Source: Mycoplasmoides genitalium G37 (GTDB lineage: Bacteria; Bacillota_I; Bacilli_A; Mycoplasmatales; Mycoplasmoidaceae). Taken from it: 32,000 nucleotides of DNA. The position numbers and the translations under genes were made by a program. Below the pieces are notes generated by a model, which saw only the letters and a program-made list of their open reading frames with translations, made no database searches and was not told where the DNA came from. Position 1 is the first letter of the stretch, and each line of letters starts with the position of its first letter. The stretch covers positions 300,001 to 332,000 of the forward strand of contig NC_000908.2 in the NCBI RefSeq assembly GCF_000027325.1, read 5' to 3'. Of the stretch, positions 29,831 through 32,000 are shown in pieces.

Positions 29831-30985
29831 TTAAGCTACTGTAAGATCAATTAATTCCTCAATTTGTTTTGCAATCTCCTTACCAAACCTACCAACATCC
29901 GCCCCATCAACCCAGCGGTGGTCTGCAGCTATTGTTAAAGGTAAGATGGTATGAACTGCAATTCCATTTTCCACTTTAACAATGCGTTCTTCTAAATTAC
30001 CAGTAGCAACAATACACATCTCAGGGTACTTAATAATAGGTGTACCTACAGCTGCTCCTAATGAACCGAAGTTAGTAACTGAAATAGTACCTTTATTCAA
30101 ATCAGTCAACTTAATCTTTTTTGTTCTAGCTTTGTTAGCTAAATCAACAATTGCTTGGGCAATTTCAACCACAGATTTGGTTTGGGCTTGCTTAATGTTA
30201 GGGACAATTAAACCTTCTTCAGTATCAACAGCAATTCCTACATTAATGTCATCATTTAAAACAATTTCGTTTTGATCAGGATCATAACTAGCGTTAAAAA
30301 CAGGGAACTTCTTAAGCGCATTAACAATTGCTTTAACAAAGAAAGCAAAGTAAGAAATTTTCATGGAATACTTACTTAAAGCATAACCATTAACACTTTC
30401 ACGATATTGTTTTAACTTGGTTGCATTAACATAAAAAGTTAATACAGTGGTTGGGATAATTGCGTGCGACTTTGTCATTGCTTCTGCAATCGCTTTACGC
30501 ATTGTTGAGATAGCAATGGTTTTCTGTTCAGTTTTACTTTCTGGTTTTTGGGTTGTTTCTACAGTAATGTTAGTACTACTTGCAACTTTAGTGTCTTTAA
30601 CAGCTGGAGTTGCATGAGGTTTTACTCCAAAGATAGGAAAGAGGTTATCAGAAACCTTAATTTCCCCTACTACTGAAGCCCCCGCTTCTTTTACCTTAGC
30701 TACTTCTTCAGTTGGTTGAGGTTTTGGTTCAACAAGTGGTGTACTAGTCTTTTCACCAATAACTGCCATCACCTGACCAATGCTAACAACATCACCAACT
30801 TTAACATTAATAGCACTAATTGTACCTGCAAAAGGAGAAGGTAGTTCAGTTGTAACTTTATCAGTTTCAACAACAAATAAAGCTTCATCTATCTTGATCT
30901 GATCACCAACTTGTTTTAAGATTTCAGTTACTTTTCCTTCATGTAAACCCTCACCAACATCAGTGAATTTAAACTCATTTGCCAT
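29831..30985 (-). CDS. pdhC: Dihydrolipoamide acetyltransferase (E2), 384 aa
   Basis: Intact ORF. Lipoyl domain with VVETDKVTTELPSP, an Ala/Pro/Glu linker, and catalytic domain ending AADHRWVDGA. Confidence 0.93.
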   Translation of the reverse strand: MANEFKFTDVGEGLHEGKVTEILKQVGDQIKIDEALFVVETDKVTTELPSPFAGTISAINVKVGDVVSIGQVMAVIGEKTSTPLVEPKPQPTEEVAKVKEAGASVVGEIKVSDNLFPIFGVKPHATPAVKDTKVASSTNITVETTQKPESKTEQKTIAISTMRKAIAEAMTKSHAIIPTTVLTFYVNATKLKQYRESVNGYALSKYSMKISYFAFFVKAIVNALKKFPVFNASYDPDQNEIVLNDDINVGIAVDTEEGLIVPNIKQAQTKSVVEIAQAIVDLANKARTKKIKLTDLNKGTISVTNFGSLGAAVGTPIIKYPEMCIVATGNLEERIVKVENGIAVHTILPLTIAADHRWVDGADVGRFGKEIAKQIEELIDLTVA

Positions 30986-31039
30986 ATCGTATTGATAGTA
31001 CTTAAAGTTTAAATTTAATAGTAGTGATCTATAACAAAT

Positions 31040-31069
31040 AAAAAAAGCCAGTTTAGTTACTGGCTTTTT
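31040..31069. terminator. Bidirectional intrinsic terminator between pdhB and pdhC
   Basis: GCCAGT (31047-31052) pairs with ACTGGC (31059-31064) around loop TTAGTT. It is flanked by A7 (31040-31046) and T5 (31065-31069). On the operon (minus) strand the hairpin is followed by U7. Confidence 0.7.
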
Positions 31070-31092
31070 AGTTGTTAGACAAAAATTTTGTC

Positions 31093-31164
31093 TTACTTTT
31101 TACAGCAGCTGTTGCACTTAGCGCATTCGCACTTGCATTGGCAGCATTTCTTGTTGTCTTCCAT
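31093..31164 (-). CDS. Candidate 23-codon cysteine-rich small ORF (MEDNKKCCQCKCECAKCNSCCKK)
   Basis: ATG 31164-31162 and TAA 31095-31093. Nine of the 23 residues are Cys. It is on the same strand as the pdh genes, lies between a hairpin and the terminator, and has no obvious SD. This is speculative. Confidence 0.3.
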   Translation of the reverse strand: MEDNKKCCQCKCECAKCNSCCKK

Positions 31165-31186
31165 CACTTTAATTTATGAAATGAGG

Positions 31187-31215
31187 TACCTAGCTCTAAA
31201 AAATAAAGCTAGGTA
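31187..31215 (-). other. 9-bp hairpin just downstream of the pdhB stop
   Basis: TACCTAGCT (31187-31195) pairs perfectly with AGCTAGGTA (31207-31215) around an 11-nt A-rich loop. No U-tract follows on the minus strand. Confidence 0.4.
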
Positions 31216-31234
31216 ACTATATTTTAAAAAAGTG

Positions 31235-32000
31235 TTATTTTAAAAGTTGATTAACTGCATCAATAACCCGTGCATTAATTTCAAACTGGTATTTTTCACC
31301 TCTAGCTAAAGGCACAACAATATCAAACCCAGTTACCCGTTGTGGGGCTTTTTTGAGATAAGTGAATAGTTCTTCAGTTACTGAAGTGATAATCTCTGCA
31401 CTTGTAGTGAAACTTTTCACCGCTTCAGTCACTACAAGTAGTCTTCCTGTTTTCTTCACTGAGTTAAATACTGTTTGTTTATCTCAAGGGGAGATAGTAC
31501 GCAAGTCAATTAACTCAATTCCCTTATCTTTCAATTCCCCGCTGTAAACTAAGTTAATTAAATCAAACATTGTAGGACCATAGCTAACTATTGTAAGTTC
31601 ACTACCTTCACTAATCAAGTTGGCTTCACCAATAGGGACAGTGTAATAATCACTAGGAATCTCCTGACGAAAAGCACGATAAAGCTTCTTTGGTTCAAAA
31701 AAGATAACAGGATCAGGTGATTCAATAGCAGCTAGAAAAAGTCCTTTGGTATCATAAGGATTTGATGGCATCACTGTTTTAAGCCCAGCAATCTGTGCAT
31801 AAATTGCTTCCAATGTTTCACTGTGGTGTTCCAATGCTTTAATCCCCCCACCCATTGGCATCCTCACTACTAGTGGAGCGGTATATACACCACGAGAACG
31901 GTTTCTAATCCTAGCAGCATGGACAAAGATTTGAAACATAGCTGGGAATGAAAAGCCTGAAAACTGGATCTCTACAATAGGTTTAAGACCACCTATAGCA
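31235..32000 (-). CDS. pdhB: Pyruvate dehydrogenase E1 beta subunit, C-terminal about 255 codons (5' end beyond the window)
   Basis: Pieces 31484-31939 and 31235-31459 join through TGA 31486-31484. The frame stays open to base 32000 (..GGLKPIVEIQFSGFSFPAMFQI..). The tail is LRTISPWDKQTVFNSVKKTGRLLVVTEA. Stop is TAA 31237-31235. Confidence 0.93.

Noticed and set aside
27815-30275. Plus-strand ORFs 27815-28075, 28337-28525, 28679-28930, 29154-29447 and 29982-30275.
   Set aside because: All are antisense to the strongly supported lplA, pdhD and pdhC frames.
31076-31093. AGACAAAA-A-TTTTGTCT palindrome overlapping the small-ORF stop, considered as a second terminator.
   Set aside because: The stem is almost entirely A-T and has essentially no loop, so a stable RNA hairpin is doubtful. 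The adjacent GC-stem hairpin is the credible terminator.
31072-31206. Plus-strand 44-codon hydrophobic ORF (TTG start, ..LLFTAAVALSAFALALAAFLVVFHHFNLW..) antisense to the Cys-rich small ORF.
   Set aside because: It is not excluded but less favoured. It starts with TTG immediately after a terminator hairpin, has no promoter-like box, and runs against the operon direction. Ala-rich and Cys-rich frames are automatic complements (GCA/TGC). It is kept as an alternative in the finding.
1-32000. Widespread gene decay: dozens of short adjacent same-frame ORFs looked like pseudogene fragments.
   Set aside because: All breaks are TGA only, and conserved motifs continue across them. Reading with table 4 restores full-length proteins of normal size.

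Overview
No novel multigene system is visible; the window is mostly tightly packed housekeeping genes. It reads as core chromosome of a genome-reduced Mollicute that uses translation table 4 (UGA = Trp). Gene order plus an adhesin-derived repeat match my memory of Mycoplasma (Mycoplasmoides) genitalium, roughly MG251 to MG273. That identification comes from memory and motifs, not from a search. The supplied ORF track used the standard code, so it cuts almost every real gene at in-frame TGA. I re-joined the pieces by hand and checked each junction for TAA/TAG. Minus strand, 1-4965: glyS (partial), a SpoU-type methylase, cysS, ligA and tRNA-Gly. Plus strand, 5001-12808: three hypothetical genes with tRNA-Arg(CCU) and tRNA-Trp(CCA) between them, then rpmE, prfA, a prmC/tsaC-like fusion and a 765-aa lipoprotein. 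12813-15232 is the only accessory element: a promoterless mosaic of mgpB/mgpC adhesin fragments (an MgPa repeat, MgPar) with an internal AT-rich degenerate tandem repeat. It is followed by tRNA-Arg(UCG). Plus strand, 15467-21642: a small charged ORF, dnaE, a 5'-3' exonuclease, fpg, a Cof phosphatase and coaE. Minus strand, 21578-32000: a second Cof phosphatase, leuS, a small membrane protein, a deoxynucleoside kinase, SRP RNA, a coiled-coil protein, a 128-aa ORF, lplA, pdhD, pdhC and pdhB (partial). The MgPar antigenic-variation reservoir is known biology. The least explained items are: (1) a structured pdhB-pdhC spacer carrying a 23-codon, 9-cysteine ORF in front of a strong terminator; (2) a CUU UUU UAA A slippery stop joining two hypothetical ORFs, the second of which has no ATG start; (3) the repeat architecture inside the MgPar; (4) two small ORFs translationally coupled to dnaE and lplA.
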